A DNA stretch of 64,000 bases from Polyangiaceae bacterium. Its GTDB lineage: Bacteria > Myxococcota_A > Polyangia > Polyangiales > Polyangiaceae. The position numbers and the translations under genes were made by a program. This document shows, piece after piece, positions 49,144-59,213 of the stretch (position 1 is the first letter of the stretch; every line of letters begins with the position of its first letter). Location of the stretch: the NCBI GenBank assembly GCA_965222375.1, contig CBDCTZ010000016.1, forward strand, positions 512,001-576,000. Reading direction: 5' to 3'. The notes under the pieces are model-generated. The model searched no databases. It was given only the letters and a program-made list of their open reading frames with translations, and was not told where the DNA came from.

Positions 49144-49783
49144 GAACCGAGTTTGTCAGAGCGGACCTGCAAACGCCAGAAACAGCTCGTGCGCGACGGC
49201 GTGAAACGTGGGCGGATGTGCGATGCCCGCGCCTTGCCGAGTACATCCGAAAGCGTCGCCGTTGCGGCCACTTGCCCTTCCAGGTGATTGGTCCGGTTGG
49301 GCGAGGTGCCGTGCGTGCGGTCGTGATCGTCCTGTTTCATCTCCCGGGTGCAACCGAGTGTATTGGAACCAATGAACGAACTTGTAGCAGTCGGTGCCAA
49401 GGCGATCGCGATGGAGTCTTCTGGCACAGCCAGCCGAGAGCGGTTACTCATGCGAACCCCATTGCGGTCATAGCGCGCGCGCGTGACGAACACGGAGCGA
49501 TGCGCGAGTGACTCCATCACGCTGACCGACTAGACCCGCGCTCAGCCGAACTCTAATGGCAGGTGCACTGACATCGGGACTGATGCGGAGTTCGTTCTGC
49601 TTCGTCGCGACAGGGCATGGCAAGCCCGACGGAGTCGTCACCTGCACGACAGTCGGCTCTACGGTTTTCTGGGCGCAGTCAAGTCGACGTAGTGCCCCCT
49701 GAGAGTGCAGCTCGGTGACCCAGGCCAAGTGGTGTGGGTGGTTTTCGCTGAATGCCTCCCGATGCGCCGGCAACAAACTGGCC

Positions 49784-50251
49784 ATGCGCACGAAAACGCC
49801 GGGTTTGCACCCCCTATTGAGCCTTCTGGCTGTCGGCCTGCTCGCGGCATGTTCGTCACCGCCGGCCGCGAAGGCTTCGAACTCCGTTCAGGAAGTCCCG
49901 CCGAACACGCCGATTCCTGCCAACGCTCGTCACGTGCGCCTGAACGTCGTGACCGGTAGCCATTGGGGCTCATCGACCAAGACCCTCAGCGTGCTGGTTG
50001 AGGACAAGGCTGTGCGCGTCGACCGTGCTGATGGCAAGCCGCGCTTGATCAGCATCGACCAATGGAACCAGGCGCGGGAAGTGCTCAACACGGGCCTAGC
50101 AGCAGCAACTCCCACCTCGGAGCGCGGCTGTTATCACGCTGGCATGGACTGCTGGTTCCGCGTTTCCAACGACGGCCATTCCCGGGAAGGCTGCTGCCTT
50201 TCCCCCGTGGGCCTCGCCGTCGAAGAGGGCGCCGAGCTGCTCACTCAGTGA
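49784..50251 (+). CDS. hypothetical lipoprotein
   Basis: Lipobox LAAC. Confidence 0.6.
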   Translation: MRTKTPGLHPLLSLLAVGLLAACSSPPAAKASNSVQEVPPNTPIPANARHVRLNVVTGSHWGSSTKTLSVLVEDKAVRVDRADGKPRLISIDQWNQAREVLNTGLAAATPTSERGCYHAGMDCWFRVSNDGHSREGCCLSPVGLAVEEGAELLTQ

Positions 50252-50289
50252 GCAGCCGCCCCGCGCCCGCCAGCTGACCATTCACCGAG

Positions 50290-50733
50290 TCAATCCACGG
50301 GCGCCAAATGCGCGACGCACTTTCCGCTCTGGCAGAGTGGAATCCAGTCCGTGAGGGAGTGGATGCACTTCGCGCAGTTTGGGACTTCGCAATCGACGAC
50401 AGCGCAGGCGCCTTGCTTGTCTTTCAACCGCTTCTTGGTCAGCGCGTGAGGCGCGCGGCAACCGCAGCCGCAACACCCATCCCACATCGTCACCACGCAT
50501 TCGTCCGCGCTCGAGCAAGCTTGCTTGGGCTCCGTCGGCAACTCGCTCGACTCGGGCCTACTCCCCACTAGCGGGTCCGTCCGCATCGTGGTCGTCGTAG
50601 TGGTCGCAGTGCTTTCGGATGGAGGTGCGCTTTGACCTTCGGACGACGGGCCCTGCTCAGCTGGTAGCGGCGTCGACGCGCAGCTGCACCCGAGGCAGGC
50701 CACGATCACTGCCGCCGACAGTGTGGTTTTCAT
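50290..50733 (-). CDS. small Cys-rich lipoprotein
   Basis: Signal VACLGC; CSSADECV..CCGC..C..C..C..C.SGKC. Confidence 0.7.
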   Translation of the reverse strand: MKTTLSAAVIVACLGCSCASTPLPAEQGPSSEGQSAPPSESTATTTTTTMRTDPLVGSRPESSELPTEPKQACSSADECVVTMWDGCCGCGCRAPHALTKKRLKDKQGACAVVDCEVPNCAKCIHSLTDWIPLCQSGKCVAHLAPVD

Positions 50734-50811
50734 GCTGCTCGAAGCCTACAGCCGACGTTCGCGCGCGCAAAGGGGACAGAGTCCGCACGCGACTCGCGTC
50801 GGTCGCCGCCG

Positions 50812-51786
50812 CTACGCACTGGATTCCAACCCGTACAACTGGCGGCGTAGCAGCTCGAAGTTGGGCGAACGCTCCGGTGGAATTCCGGCGGCTCGAAGCA
50901 TACGCGGCAACGAAGAGTAGCGATGGAGCAACGCGCAACCGAGCAGCCGGCGTCCCTCGTCCTCGTTCAATCGCTGTTCCGCCCAGCCGTAGGCGCGCAA
51001 GCACTCCCGCAAAAGCCCCGGGCCGGATGCGAAGATGAACTCGACCAAAGCTGCGATCTCGTAGTCAGGTTTGCCGCGAATGCCGTCGGCGAAGTCGATC
51101 AGCCCCGACACGCGGCAGACGCCACCGTCGCGACTCACGAAGACGTGGGCGTCCAGCAACTCGGTGTGCAGGCTGACACTTGGGCTGTCCTGCGGATAGA
51201 CGCTAGGCGTGTCGGCCAGAAAACGAGCCATGGCATCCAGCCAGGGCTCCGTCGCTCCTCTTGCTCGCTGGTGACCCATGACTCCGTCGCTCTGGGCGCT
51301 GATGAACTCCGACCAGGCGGGTTCCGCCAGTGCCGGGACGTCCACGGCGTGCAGCTCCGCCATGACCTCGCCCAGTTGGCGCGCAACGTGTACGCACCCG
51401 GCCGGGGGGAGTCCCTTCCACACATCCGCCAAGTGCTCGCCCTCGACGAAGGACGTGATGACGTAGGGCCAACCGTCGTACGCGCCGACGCCGAGGACCT
51501 CCGGCACCGCAATGGACAGTTTACCCGAGACACTCTGGAGGAATGCCGCTTCCGTTTCGATCTGATACGCCCACTCGGGACTAGTCAGCTTGACCACCGC
51601 TCGTCTTCCGAGGCGGTAGACGACGTCGGAACCTCGAGCGCAGGCCGTCGTGCCCTCGGCGGGTATCCGATGTTTTTGGGCGATTGCACGCATCACGATC
51701 GCCCATTGCTCCGGGGACAGTACGTTACGGAGGGGCGCGTCGCTCGCAACGGACGCGGGAAGCGCAGCGTGCTCGATTGGTCCCAC
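50812..51786 (-). CDS. aminoglycoside phosphotransferase-like kinase
   Basis: VVKL, VPEVLG, WPYVIT..G, MAELH, LHTE, GLIDFAD. Confidence 0.8.
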   Translation of the reverse strand: MGPIEHAALPASVASDAPLRNVLSPEQWAIVMRAIAQKHRIPAEGTTACARGSDVVYRLGRRAVVKLTSPEWAYQIETEAAFLQSVSGKLSIAVPEVLGVGAYDGWPYVITSFVEGEHLADVWKGLPPAGCVHVARQLGEVMAELHAVDVPALAEPAWSEFISAQSDGVMGHQRARGATEPWLDAMARFLADTPSVYPQDSPSVSLHTELLDAHVFVSRDGGVCRVSGLIDFADGIRGKPDYEIAALVEFIFASGPGLLRECLRAYGWAEQRLNEDEGRRLLGCALLHRYSSLPRMLRAAGIPPERSPNFELLRRQLYGLESSA

Positions 51787-51814
51787 GGGAATCCTGTGGT
51801 CGAGGAGCGCCGCG

Positions 51815-54697
51815 CTACTCCGCAGAGACCGCGAGCTCAGCCTTGGAATCTGCGTTGTGCGTTGCCTTTGGTGGCTTGCGATGGCGCGTCAAGTCCATGG
51901 GTGCGTGACCGCCTGCCACGAGCGCGGTGCGCACCGCGACGTGAGGCAAATCCGCATCGAATACGGCACGCACTATCTCAGTGATCTTCGCGGCCCCCGT
52001 AGGCTCCATGGTCACTTCGACGGATATGGGCAGGACGTCGCCCACGACGCCGGCGCGCTCCAGTGCCACCTCGGCTTCCGCGATGCCCGTTTCTAGGGTC
52101 TGCACGTAGTGCCGCACGTTCACGTTCTTGCCGATGCCCTTGATGGTACGACGCACCACGACTTCGTCTTGTGCCAGGAACGCGTCGATGCATCCCTGAA
52201 CGCCTTGTAGCCCGCTCAAGTCGGCCAAGGACCCGCTAGATAGCGCGATCACGTAGCGCGCGCCCGTCAAGATGCGTGCGATGCCGGGATCCACGTCCCC
52301 CAGCCTGGTTGCGGCAGTGAAGCGCAGACCCCCAGCTGCTGCGGCATTCATCTCCGCCAGAAGCTCTTCCGCCGGCGGCGCATCGAGCAGTTTCACATCC
52401 AGGTGTTCGTCCAGGCTCGCGACCCCCAGCGACAGCGCGGGCCCAAAGGTCATGGCCGGCTTCGGGTGGAAGCCCTTGGTGTACGCCGTGCGCGCACCAG
52501 CGCGACGCAGCACCCGTGGCAGCTCCCGGATCAGATCGAGATGGCCGAGCAGCGCAGCCGGCCCGACCTTTTCGAAGCTGAAGCGCCAGCGCTCTTCTTC
52601 GCCGACGCGGACGGGGCGGAAGTCTTCGGGGCGGGATTTCTCTTGTTTGCCGGACGCGGGCGGCGCCGCGGATGGCTGTGCTGCGCCAGCGCTCTCATCC
52701 TCGTGCATCGTGGTCTCTGCCGCGGGCGGCTCTGGCGCCGGCTTCTTCGTCGCACCCATCGTGCGCAAGAATACGATGCGCTCATCGCGCATTTGCGTCA
52801 GATCGCAGGCGACGCCGCAGTCGTAACAAACCAACTTGCGCTGGTCGGCCTCTGCGTCAGGCAGATTCGTGTGGTGAACGAACATGCCCTTCGGTTTGCC
52901 GCAGGGTGGCGAGAGGCGGTCCTTGAGGGCACGGCGGTGCTCCCGTGCCAGAAAGCCCTCTTCGAGGCCCACGTTGATGTGGTCCCAGGGCAAACGCGCG
53001 GTCACGGGAATCGTGCCCAGGTACTTGCTCGTCTTGATCCCAAAGTGGTCGAAAGCGGCCTGCCAAACGTTCGTCTTCAGGTGCTCTTGCCACGTATCGA
53101 ATCGAGCGCCGTTTTGGAAAGCGTGTTCGACGGCATCCGCCACGCGGCGGTCCCCCCGTGCCAGGATGGCCTCCAGCACGCTCGACTCGGAGTGGTGCAT
53201 ACGCAGGGTCATGCGCTTCACGCCGTAGGTTTCGTCGCGCAAGAGCTGCTGCTTGTGCAGGATCTGCTTCGGCGTGTCCATGGCGCACCACTGAAACGGC
53301 GTGTGCGGCTTGGGCACGTGCACGCTCACACTCACGGTGACCTTGGGACGCTTGCCGATGCGCTTGCCAACCTCTAGCGCGTTCTTTCCGACGTTGACGA
53401 TGCCAAGCACATCCTCATCGGTCTCCGTTGGCAGCCCGCAGATGAAGTACAGCTTCATCTTGTCGAAACCGCGCGCGAACACACGCTCGGCGGTCTCCAT
53501 CAGCTGCTCTTCGGTGACGTTCTTGTTGATCACGTCTCGCAGGCGCTGAGTGCCTGCTTCTGGCGCGAAGGTCAGGCCGCTCGCGCGCACTTTGCGCATG
53601 TCATCCAGAAGGTCTTCCCCCAAGCCGTAGGCGCGGAGAGATGCAACGCCCAAGCTCACTCGCTCCGGAGCCGTGTGTTCCACCAGCTCCTTGATCATCG
53701 GCGAGATGCACGAGACATCCGCTGTCGATAGCGCGGTGAGGCTCACCTCGTCCTGACCGCTCTTCTGCAAAGCCGAGAGCACCGTGTCGACGACTTCGCG
53801 GGGATCCCGCTCCCTCACGGGTCGGTAGATCATGCCGGCTTGGCAAAAACGGCAGCCTTCGGTGCAGCCTCGCGCCACTTCGATGCTCATGCGGTCGAAG
53901 ATGGCTTCCGGCCCGCCCACGGGACCGTCATCCGGGAAGGGGTACTTCGAAATATCCTCGACCAGCGCTCGCTCGATGGGAAAGGGCACGTTGAACGGGG
54001 CACCATCGTCATCCAACGCAGGTCCCGAGACCACCTCGAGCCCTGTCTCGGAGTCGACCTCCGCGGCGTAGAATGCGGGCACGTACACACCCGGCATTTG
54101 CGCGAGTTCGAGCAGAAGCTCGTGCCGGGGCTTGCCGGCGCGTTTCCCACGCACCCAGCAAAGGGCTATCTCTGTCGCGGCTTCCTCGCCATCGCCGATC
54201 AGCACCGCGTCCAGAAACGGGGAGAACGGCTCGACGTGGGTTGCTACCGGGCCGCCGGCGATGATCAACGGGTCGTCGTCGGAGCGGTGCTGGGCGCGCA
54301 GCGGAATGCCCGAGAGCTGAAGCATGTTCAGGATCGTCGTGTAGGTGAGCTCGTACTGCAGCGAGAATCCCACGACGTCGAAGTCACACAGAGGGCGTCC
54401 GCTCTCCAGGCTGCACAGTAGTTTGCTGTGCTCGGTCAGCTTGTCTTCGAGATCGATCCACGGCGCGTAAGCACGCTCCGCAAGCGTGTCCGGATTGTCA
54501 TTCAAGATCTTGTACAGGATGCGGTAGCCCAGGTGGCTCATCCCGATGTCGTAGATCTCCGGAAAGGCCAGGCACACGCGTGCCTCCACGGCGCTCCAAT
54601 CCTTGCGTCGCACGCCATGTTCCGCGCCGGTGTAGCGGTTCGGCTTCGCAACCTGATGCAGGAACTTGCCGTAAGGATGATCGAACAGCTGGGTCAT
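51815..54697 (-). CDS. TIGR03960-type radical SAM fused to a TIGR03936 (DUF2344)-type domain
   Basis: LAFPEIYDIGMSHLG, GFSLQYEL, ARGCTEGCRFCQAG, TFAPEAGTQRLR, VPKPHTPFQW; C-terminal GHLD..YTKGFHPKP.MTFGPALSLG. Confidence 0.92.
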   Translation of the reverse strand: MTQLFDHPYGKFLHQVAKPNRYTGAEHGVRRKDWSAVEARVCLAFPEIYDIGMSHLGYRILYKILNDNPDTLAERAYAPWIDLEDKLTEHSKLLCSLESGRPLCDFDVVGFSLQYELTYTTILNMLQLSGIPLRAQHRSDDDPLIIAGGPVATHVEPFSPFLDAVLIGDGEEAATEIALCWVRGKRAGKPRHELLLELAQMPGVYVPAFYAAEVDSETGLEVVSGPALDDDGAPFNVPFPIERALVEDISKYPFPDDGPVGGPEAIFDRMSIEVARGCTEGCRFCQAGMIYRPVRERDPREVVDTVLSALQKSGQDEVSLTALSTADVSCISPMIKELVEHTAPERVSLGVASLRAYGLGEDLLDDMRKVRASGLTFAPEAGTQRLRDVINKNVTEEQLMETAERVFARGFDKMKLYFICGLPTETDEDVLGIVNVGKNALEVGKRIGKRPKVTVSVSVHVPKPHTPFQWCAMDTPKQILHKQQLLRDETYGVKRMTLRMHHSESSVLEAILARGDRRVADAVEHAFQNGARFDTWQEHLKTNVWQAAFDHFGIKTSKYLGTIPVTARLPWDHINVGLEEGFLAREHRRALKDRLSPPCGKPKGMFVHHTNLPDAEADQRKLVCYDCGVACDLTQMRDERIVFLRTMGATKKPAPEPPAAETTMHEDESAGAAQPSAAPPASGKQEKSRPEDFRPVRVGEEERWRFSFEKVGPAALLGHLDLIRELPRVLRRAGARTAYTKGFHPKPAMTFGPALSLGVASLDEHLDVKLLDAPPAEELLAEMNAAAAGGLRFTAATRLGDVDPGIARILTGARYVIALSSGSLADLSGLQGVQGCIDAFLAQDEVVVRRTIKGIGKNVNVRHYVQTLETGIAEAEVALERAGVVGDVLPISVEVTMEPTGAAKITEIVRAVFDADLPHVAVRTALVAGGHAPMDLTRHRKPPKATHNADSKAELAVSAE

Positions 54698-54933
54698 GAC
54701 GTCTTCTTCGCTCCGCCCTGGCATTCTTGCCGGCATTGGGTGCCCACGGCGGCGGGGCGATGGGAGCCGGAGCGTATAGCGCGTCGTGCACCAGCCCGCA
54801 CAGCGCGGGGTTAGTGAAACCGCAGAAACGGGACACCGCTTCGTTGGACGAAGCGCGTCTACCCAAGCCAAAGACACTGCTTCAAGAGGCTGAAAGCGCA
54901 CTATTTGTGCACTTTTGCCCGGGTTGGAATCTT

Positions 54934-55092
54934 GAGGGGATTGGGTTGCCCCCCTCGGCCGTCCGCCGCTCGCCAACTCGTCGTCGCTGCCGCGCGCGCC
55001 TGCCTCGTGGCGGGCAGCAACCTCCCCTTCGGCGTCGGCCGTCCGTCCCCCCCAAGCCCTCGGCTCCGCCTCGGTCGGGGGGGAAAGGGGTC
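54934..55092. repeat. GC-rich multi-hairpin intergenic element (REP/MITE-like)
   Basis: Imperfect IR GGGGATTGGGTTGCC / GGCAGCAACCTCCCC and a C-run/G-run stem around AAGCCCTCGGCTCCGCCTCGGTC. Confidence 0.4.
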
Positions 55093-55115
55093 ACACGGAT
55101 GCGTCGCTGGTGGGC

Positions 55116-55778
55116 TTAGCGTTCGGATTGGGGTCGGTGCAGGAATTCGACACGACGGTTCTTCGCGCGACCCTCCTTGGTTTGATTCGACCCGAGGGGC
55201 TGGGTCATGCCCCGGCTCTCGACCTTCAAGCGTGACTGTTCCACGCCGCGCTTCACTAGTGCCTCATGCACACGCTTTGCCCGAAGGCGCGCGACGTCGT
55301 TCGACTCGGTCGAGTCCGCGTGACCGACGATCGTGAGTTCGAGCTCCGGTAGTTTGAGCAACTCCTGTGCGAGCTTGTCTAGCTCCTTCGAGCTTGCTCC
55401 AGAGACATCGGCAGAGCCCCTCGCAAAGTGGATGAGCACAGTGATCTGAATCGTCGATGGCAGGACAATGCTGAGGCAGGGCGTGGGCGGGCACCCAGCG
55501 TGCGAGGTATCTTCCGAGTCGACGCCTGCTACCTCCGGGCATGCGTCGCGTTCATCCGCAACTCCGTCTCCATCGCTGTCTCGAGACTCTGCGGATTGTC
55601 GTCCAGCCGTGTCGCTCGCCGGGAGCGGAGGATCATTGCGCGTAGCTTCCGCAGCTGGAGAGCCGGCTGATGCGGGTGGAGCCGTGCCGCACCCACCCGC
55701 TGTCGAGGGCGCCAGGCACGCAAGCGCCGCTGCTAATAGGCGCTGGCGGCGATCGAGAACGACGCTGCGGTCACTCAC
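55116..55778 (-). CDS. OmpA-family peptidoglycan-binding lipoprotein with TSP3-like repeat
   Basis: DSDGDGVADERDACP; IHF..GS, VGHAD, RA..V..L..GV, GRAKNRRVEF. Confidence 0.88.
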   Translation of the reverse strand: MSDRSVVLDRRQRLLAAALACLAPSTAGGCGTAPPASAGSPAAEATRNDPPLPASDTAGRQSAESRDSDGDGVADERDACPEVAGVDSEDTSHAGCPPTPCLSIVLPSTIQITVLIHFARGSADVSGASSKELDKLAQELLKLPELELTIVGHADSTESNDVARLRAKRVHEALVKRGVEQSRLKVESRGMTQPLGSNQTKEGRAKNRRVEFLHRPQSER

Positions 55779-55905
55779 CGCAGGTTCGTAGCACGTGGCG
55801 ATGCATGAGGTTGGTCACCTCGCGCAGCGCCGCTTTGGGCGCGTTCGGAGCGTTTGGTGCCCAGATCTCCTCTTGCAAGCCTATTGAGCTACAATGGTGG
55901 CTCTC

Positions 55906-56931
55906 ATGCGGGTGCTGTTCTTGCTTGCCCTGCCGTTGGCCGTGTCCTGCACGGCATTCGACGGTGCGGACGCGTTCATCGACGAGGACGTGGACGGCTC
56001 GGCTGCAGGAGGCGCGGGCAAGGACGGTGGCATCAGCGGCGGTGGTTTCCCGGGCACGGGAGGCGCGACTGGTTCCGGTGGCGGCGGGAATGGCGGTACG
56101 AGCGCGGCTGGCGGCACAGCAGGCACAGGCGCGACGCCAAACACCGGCGGCACGGGCAACTTCGGGGGTCAACCGCCGACCTGCACGGGGCCCGCGGATT
56201 GTACCGATGGCAATCCCTGCACCATCAACGACTGCGTCAGTGGCAAGTGTCAAAACAGCTTCGTCAAGAGCGGTGAAGACTGCGGAAACAACACGGTGTG
56301 CGATGGCGTGGAGACATGCGACGGCGCTGGTGTTTGCAAGCAAGGGACGCCGCCTCAAATCAATGATGGCAATGCCTGCACCGCGGATAGCTGCGATCCG
56401 GTCACCGGAGTCAAGCACACGCCCGCGAACGTCAACGACAACGACGCCTGTACCACGGACAGCTGCAACCCGACCACGGGTGCGATCACCCACACACCCG
56501 TGAACATCGACGATGGGAACGATTGCACGGTTGACAGCTGCACTCCAAGTGGTGGCGTGAAGCACGTCACCATCAAGAGCACGACTCAATGCGGCTCGAG
56601 CTGCCCGTCAGGCTTTCACGTCACAGGCTACTCGACGAACTTCAGTTGCGGCTCCGGCACCAAGAACCAGGCCAACTGCTCTCCCGACTGCGGTTCGAGC
56701 TTCAACAAGTGCGGCATCGGCTGCCCCAGCGGCTACCACACGACTGGTTACTCCACGAACTTCGCCTGTAGCTCCAGCACCAAGAATCAAGCGACCTGCA
56801 AGAAGAACGAAGGCTCCAGCTTCAATACCTGCGACTTCAGCTGTCCCTCGGGCTACGTGAAAACAGGCACGTCTACCAACTTTGCCTGTGGGTCCAACCT
56901 CAACAATCAATCGACCTGCAAGAAGGTTTGA
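55906..56931 (+). CDS. Cys-rich lipoprotein with DGN.CT.D.C repeats and a triple 40-aa C-terminal repeat
   Basis: Lipobox AVSC; four DGN/DND.CT.D.C units; CPSG..TG.STNF.C x3 at an exact 120-bp period. Confidence 0.82.
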   Translation: MRVLFLLALPLAVSCTAFDGADAFIDEDVDGSAAGGAGKDGGISGGGFPGTGGATGSGGGGNGGTSAAGGTAGTGATPNTGGTGNFGGQPPTCTGPADCTDGNPCTINDCVSGKCQNSFVKSGEDCGNNTVCDGVETCDGAGVCKQGTPPQINDGNACTADSCDPVTGVKHTPANVNDNDACTTDSCNPTTGAITHTPVNIDDGNDCTVDSCTPSGGVKHVTIKSTTQCGSSCPSGFHVTGYSTNFSCGSGTKNQANCSPDCGSSFNKCGIGCPSGYHTTGYSTNFACSSSTKNQATCKKNEGSSFNTCDFSCPSGYVKTGTSTNFACGSNLNNQSTCKKV

Positions 56932-56970
56932 GCGCCGCCTGCACAGCGCGACGCTGCGACGGCGCGACAG

Positions 56971-58399
56971 TCACTTGGGCAGTGTGGTTCCCGCGTTTCC
57001 TAGAGTGAAAAGCTCGGTGACCTGCGTGGATGAAAGTGCGACGTCGTAGAGCACCACTTCGTCGACGGTTCCGAGGAAACTTCCCGATAGCGTTGCGCCG
57101 CTGCCGCCGATCCAAGCGTCGCCGGTGTCGGCAGTGAGCGGTGTGGCTTTCGCGGCTGAGGCGGCAGGCGCGCCATCGATGTACAAGTTGATGGTCGCCC
57201 CATCCCAGGTGCCGACGAGGTGGTGCCAAGTGCCCGCGGAGAAGGTGACCCCCATCTGTTTGGCGTTCTTGTCGCCAATGATCGCTCGGAAGCCCTGGGA
57301 TGCGCCGGAAACCAGGGCGTAGCCCGTTCCGCTGCTCTGCTTGTCGAAGAAGGGCACAATTCCAGACGCAGCACCACTCAAGGTCCCGGTGGGTCGCGCC
57401 CAAAGGGCGATGCTCAAGGCGGCCGTGGGATTGAGCGCCAAGGTGTTCGGGACTTTGACGCCGTCGGCGGCGTCCACGAATTGCAGACCGCCTCCCACCT
57501 TGCCGCCAACCGGCACCGAGCCGCTCACGTTGATACCGCCGCTGCCGCCGGAGACATCCGTGACCGTCGCGTCCGGGTTGTCGTCCATGGCCCAGTGCGC
57601 CGTGGGTTTCGCAGGCTGCGCAGGAGGCCGTCACGGCTTGCGGCACGTTGGCGGCAGCGAAGAGTGCGTCGACATCAGCTTGAACCAGCCCCTGCTTGAA
57701 AAAGGAAAGCTCGTCAATGGATCCGACGAAGGGGCCTTGGGTGGTGTTCAGTTGGCCGACGTAGAGCGGCTTGGACGATATGGCGATGGAGCCCGGACCG
57801 GAACGCCGCCGGAGCCTGATGTTCCGCCAGCGCCCGCGGCGCCTCCGCCGGCTCCCGCGCTGCCGCCGGACCCGCTGCTGCCCGCAGTGCCGCCAGTGCC
57901 TCCGCCACCGCTTCCGCTCGTCGCGCCGGTTCCTGCTGCACCGCCGCTGCCACTAGTACCGCCCGCACCTCCCGTGGCGTCTTCGCAAAATGTGCCGACG
58001 CAGATCTGCTGCGCCAAGCAATCCGGCTGGGTCGAACAGAAGTGCCGGCACGTGCACTGCGCGCTACACACCTGTTTGCCGCGACAGCTCTGCCCCGTGC
58101 CGCATTGGATCTCGTTTTCCAGCTGACACACACCCCGCCCGTCTTCCCACTTTCACACACAGGGCGGGAGGGGTGCAGTCGCGCTCCGAGTTTTCGCACT
58201 CGACATGGCAACGCCCGAATGCGCACACCAGCGGGCTCGCGCAATCGGAGTTGATGCTGCAGCCTTGGCCGAGGTTCGCCAGCTTCTCGCGTTCGTCACT
58301 GGAGTCCGAGCCACAGGCCCAGGCGAAGATTCCCAACAAGGAACACGGCAAAAAACAGTCTCGACCAACGCATCGCGCCTCCGGGCTGGAGTTTGCCAC
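56971..58399 (-). pseudogene. disrupted Cys-rich/Gly-linker/LamG lipoprotein gene
   Basis: Lipobox AWAC; frameshift near 58135; in-frame stops at 57748 and 57631; intact LamG domain (AHWAMD, WHHLVGTWDG..LYIDG, F.GTVDEV) at 56971-57630. Confidence 0.7.
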
Positions 58400-58437
58400 G
58401 CACTGCCCGGTCAGGTCACCGGTGCGGGGCAGCCTCG

Positions 58438-58995
58438 CTACTTCTTTGGCTTCTTGAGGCTGAGAGTCATCGGCACCGCCACGATTACGGGCGCCGAACT
58501 TGGTTTCGAGAAGAAGGCACCTTTGGACTTCTTTTCGATGCACTTGCCGAGGGACTCTGGCAACGTGCCGTCTAGCGCAACCGCTACGCTCGTCGTCTTG
58601 CCAGCGTCGTCGATGGTCAGTGTTGCGCCAGCTCGACCGGCGATCTTCGGATCGATGCGCAAGGCGGCCTTGAAACACTCGCGCGCCTTGGCGCGAACGA
58701 AGACGGAAACCTTCTCGCCATCCTTGAAGGCGCCTTCGGGACTGACGGTCAGCGTGTCTGGAATGGCGCTGGGGCTGATGGGCTTGTTGTCGGCCTTGGT
58801 GCCGCCATCTGCGAGTGGAGTGTCCGTGTCAGCCGCTCCAGCGTCCGTGTAAGCTGGCGGATAGTAAACGGGCGAAATCGGTGGCGTGTAGGTCGCCGTG
58901 GGTTTGGGTTTGGGTGCTGGCTTGTTCGCAGACGCGGGTTGTTGACGGCTGCAACCAATCGCTAGGACTACCAGGCTCAGAGGGAGAGTCTTCAC
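58438..58995 (-). CDS. lipoprotein with AgmX/PglI-like (TonB-C-like) C-terminal domain
   Basis: Lipobox AIGC; RECFK.AL..DP..AG..L.ID..G..CI......F..P. Confidence 0.7.
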   Translation of the reverse strand: MKTLPLSLVVLAIGCSRQQPASANKPAPKPKPTATYTPPISPVYYPPAYTDAGAADTDTPLADGGTKADNKPISPSAIPDTLTVSPEGAFKDGEKVSVFVRAKARECFKAALRIDPKIAGRAGATLTIDDAGKTTSVAVALDGTLPESLGKCIEKKSKGAFFSKPSSAPVIVAVPMTLSLKKPKK

Positions 58996-59019
58996 GGGCC
59001 GGAGTCTACTCGGGAACTG

Positions 59020-59137
59020 GCGCTCCGATCTGACGATTCGACCCAGTGCGGAGGAGCACTTGCCAGCCTGGCAACTCGCGCTCCGATCTGACGATTCGAC
59101 CCAGTGCGGAGGAGCACTTGCCAGCCTGGCAACTCGC
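59020..59137. repeat. perfect 58-bp tandem duplication with internal palindrome
   Basis: GCGCTCCGATCTGACGATTCGACCCAGTGCGGAGGAGCACTTGCCAGCCTGGCAACTC x2. Confidence 0.95.
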
Positions 59138-59213
59138 CCGGGCAACCGAGCTAGATCTGCGCGGGATTCCAAACAGGCCAGTCCAGGCATTGGGCTTGCA
59201 AAGGCGGACGGCC

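Noticed and set aside
49150..49780. Short ORFs and a 14-bp match (GAGTTCGGCTGAGC) to 38707
   Set aside because: No convincing protein motif; the match is short enough to be chance; possibly decayed DNA.
51815..54697. Radical SAM domain fusion as a novelty
   Set aside because: TIGR03960-TIGR03936 fusions are a known, widespread architecture.
57631..57750. Selenocysteine or readthrough at two in-frame TGA codons
   Set aside because: The intervening DNA codes a LamG fragment in a different frame, so an insertion or chimera explains the stops better.
59020..59137. Possible CRISPR array
   Set aside because: Two abutting identical units, no spacers, and no cas genes in the window.
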